From Sminthopsis crassicaudata (taxonomy: Eukaryota): 64,000 bases of DNA. Positions within the stretch are counted from its first letter, which is position 1, and every line of letters begins with the position of its first letter. The notes beneath the pieces are model-generated. The model worked only from the letters and a program-made list of their open reading frames with translations. It was not told the DNA's origin and did no database searches. A program made the translations under genes and the position numbers. Positions 62,141-64,000 of the stretch are shown here, one piece after another. Location: assembly GCF_048593235.1 (NCBI RefSeq), contig NC_133621.1:91193148-91257147 (forward strand), read 5' to 3'.

Positions 62141-63001
62141 GCTAGAAAGGAAAGAGAAAGAGAGGTTGCTAAAGAGCATCCAGGAACCCACATTATCACT
62201 TTCCAAAAGGACTCGAAAGAAGTAGCTCTTTTTGCATACCCCCCCCTCCCCTTACTCCACATTTAGGCTTTGATGAATTCAGAACTGGGAGAGATCTTTA
62301 ATCTAGGGAAGCAAACAGGTGAGGAGGGGTATCTTAGGATGGTGCTAAAAACACCAGCTGACAGCCCTGCCCCTCTCTATTTCCATACAAACTCTGTCTG
62401 GTTCCCCAGCTATGGTTCAGTTGGTCCTAGGAACTGAGTAGCAAAGGACGTTGGAGAGCAATCACCCTTCCTCATTTTATTAATTAGGAATCTAAGATCC
62501 TAGTAAAACAACTTGGCCAAGCCCACTCTAATGAGTTTGCCGAGTGAGCAATGCTGAATTTCAAATCCAAGTTCTCTGATTACAAATTCAGCAATGGGCT
62601 ACATTAATTGCTCCTCATTTCATGAAAGATGTCCTAGTTTTTAATTTTATTCTGTGTTCACTTTTCTTTTCATTAGGTAGAGTATATTTGCCCCCCTACT
62701 TTCCCACCTTCCCTGAGGATGTCCCCATCTAAGGTTATATCAATCTCTGCCTTCCATCCCCAGTCTATTACTTCTTCCCCATTGGAACCTGCTTCTTTCT
62801 GCACAACTGAAGAATGACTAAGAGCAGACCAGCAGGGACTGGCAGGGAACTATGACATTGAGTTTGGGCGACACAGGAGAAGAAACAGGGCTGGAGGGAG
62901 AATAGAGAATGTGGGATTTGGTGGGGGAATCTTGTATGGACAAAGTTTTATCTTGCAGGTGCCTGGCCTGGATCCAATTGACTGTGATGTGCAGAAAAGA
63001 A

Positions 63002-63184
63002 ATGAGGCAGTTGCTATTTCCCTTGGCCCTGTGGCTCAGTACCCTGGGGCCCACAGGAACCAGAGGAGATGAGCTCTCAGTGCCACAACAACGTGGCTTG
63101 CAGGTGGCTTTGGAGAAGTTCCACAATCATCCACCTGTGCAGTGGGCATTCAAGGAGATTGGTGTGGACAGAGCCAGTGACATG
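63002..63184 (+). CDS. RARRES2: RARRES2 (chemerin) first coding exon: signal peptide plus N-terminus; the gene continues beyond the window
   Basis: MRQLLFPLALWLSTLG...QQRGLQVALEKFHNHPPVQWAFKE matches chemerin (RGLQVALEEFHKHPPVQWAF). Acceptor tcttgcag| gives exon start 62959; donor ATG|GTGAGT is phase 0. Confidence 0.95.
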
Positions 63185-63811
63185 GTGAGTAGGGGGGATC
63201 CCTTTGATTGTAATGAGAAAATTCTTAAATTTGCTTTGGGAGGGGATACATTGTGGGATTTTATTCCACAGATGTAAATATTTCTCCAGCAGGCAAGTTT
63301 CTTATTGTTTTTGTTTTTATGTAAAGGCAGTTAATAGAATAACACAGTAAAAACAAGTCACAATAGAATATTACACTCCCCCCCCCCCATCTAAGAAACA
63401 CTATTTCACAAATACATAAAGAATTCATGGAAATAGTGAGCACACACATAGAGAAGTTATGGTCAGGTCACATGTGTGGAGGAACAACTCGTATTTATCA
63501 ATGACACCTTCTGGTAACAATACCTGATGCCCAACAAGAAAGTTTGAAAAAGATTTGGGAATTTATAAGCCTCCAGATACCAAGAAAATATTATAGGACC
63601 ACAGATGATGCAATTTAGTTCAATAGTTTCATTTCATAGATGAGAAAACCAAGGTCTATAGAGATAACCTCATGTTCAAGATCACAGAAAGTGGCAGAGC
63701 CAGGATTTGAACCCAAGATCTTCAGTTGCAAATCCAATACTTTCCATTGTGCCACACTGGGTATCATCTTCTCACAGCCATCTCACTTAAGGGAAAGCAA
63801 TGCACTATAGT

Positions 63812-64000
63812 TGGGCAGGCAGGTAGCATAGGAGAGTGAGTGCTGATATGGAATCAGGAAGACCCAAGTGCATAGCCAGCTACAGGTATTTCCTAGCTAT
63901 GTGAGCTTGGACAAGGCACTTAACCCTCTTTGCCCCTGAAAAATGAGTTGGAGAAGGAAATGGCAAACCATTTAAGTATCTTTGCTAAGAAAACCCTAAA
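63812..64000 (+). mobile_element. MAR1-type CORE-SINE (cut by window end)
   Basis: ggaatcaggaagaccc...tagctatgtgagcttggacaag...gagttggagaaggaaatggcaaacca. Confidence 0.7.

Noticed and set aside
1-64000. CRISPR arrays, tRNA/rRNA/snoRNA genes, ERV coding sequence
   Set aside because: No repeat-spacer arrays or retroviral ORFs were seen. The only tRNA-like boxes belong to SINE heads.

Overview
Eukaryotic genomic DNA from a marsupial, probably a dasyurid. This is inferred from WSINE1-type SINEs, MAR1-type CORE-SINEs and marsupial-type L1 3' ends, all recognised from memory. The window covers the locus syntenic with human 7q36.1. Three C2H2 zinc-finger genes lie in tandem on the minus strand: REPIN1 (main exon 50838-49025), ZNF775 (main exon 21398-19714) and an unnamed 4-finger gene (1814-1273) at the position of mouse AI854703 / human LOC728743. 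The 5' end of RARRES2 (chemerin) lies head-to-head on the plus strand (coding from 63002). There are four CpG islands (about 3.7-4.7, 30.1-30.75, 39.9-41.25 and 52.6-54.2 kb). The rest is L1/L2/L3, SINE and hAT debris. No prokaryotic-type system (CRISPR etc.) and no RNA gene is supported. The most notable observations are: (1) degenerate KRAB-B-like exons in frame upstream of both 'KRAB-less' genes, REPIN1 and ZNF775; (2) a decayed fifth zinc finger in frame behind the stop codon of the unnamed gene; (3) a same-strand array of an unassigned AAATACGGTAAC motif in that gene's promoter; (4) a Gln/Asp 8-residue repeat replacing the proline-rich linker of REPIN1, next to a dead finger 9; (5) a 44-bp templated insertion of flanking DNA inside a young L1; (6) two TSD-flanked mini-insertions carrying transduced 3' sequence. 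All splice models, orthologue comparisons and repeat family names come from reading the sequence and from recall, not from database searches.
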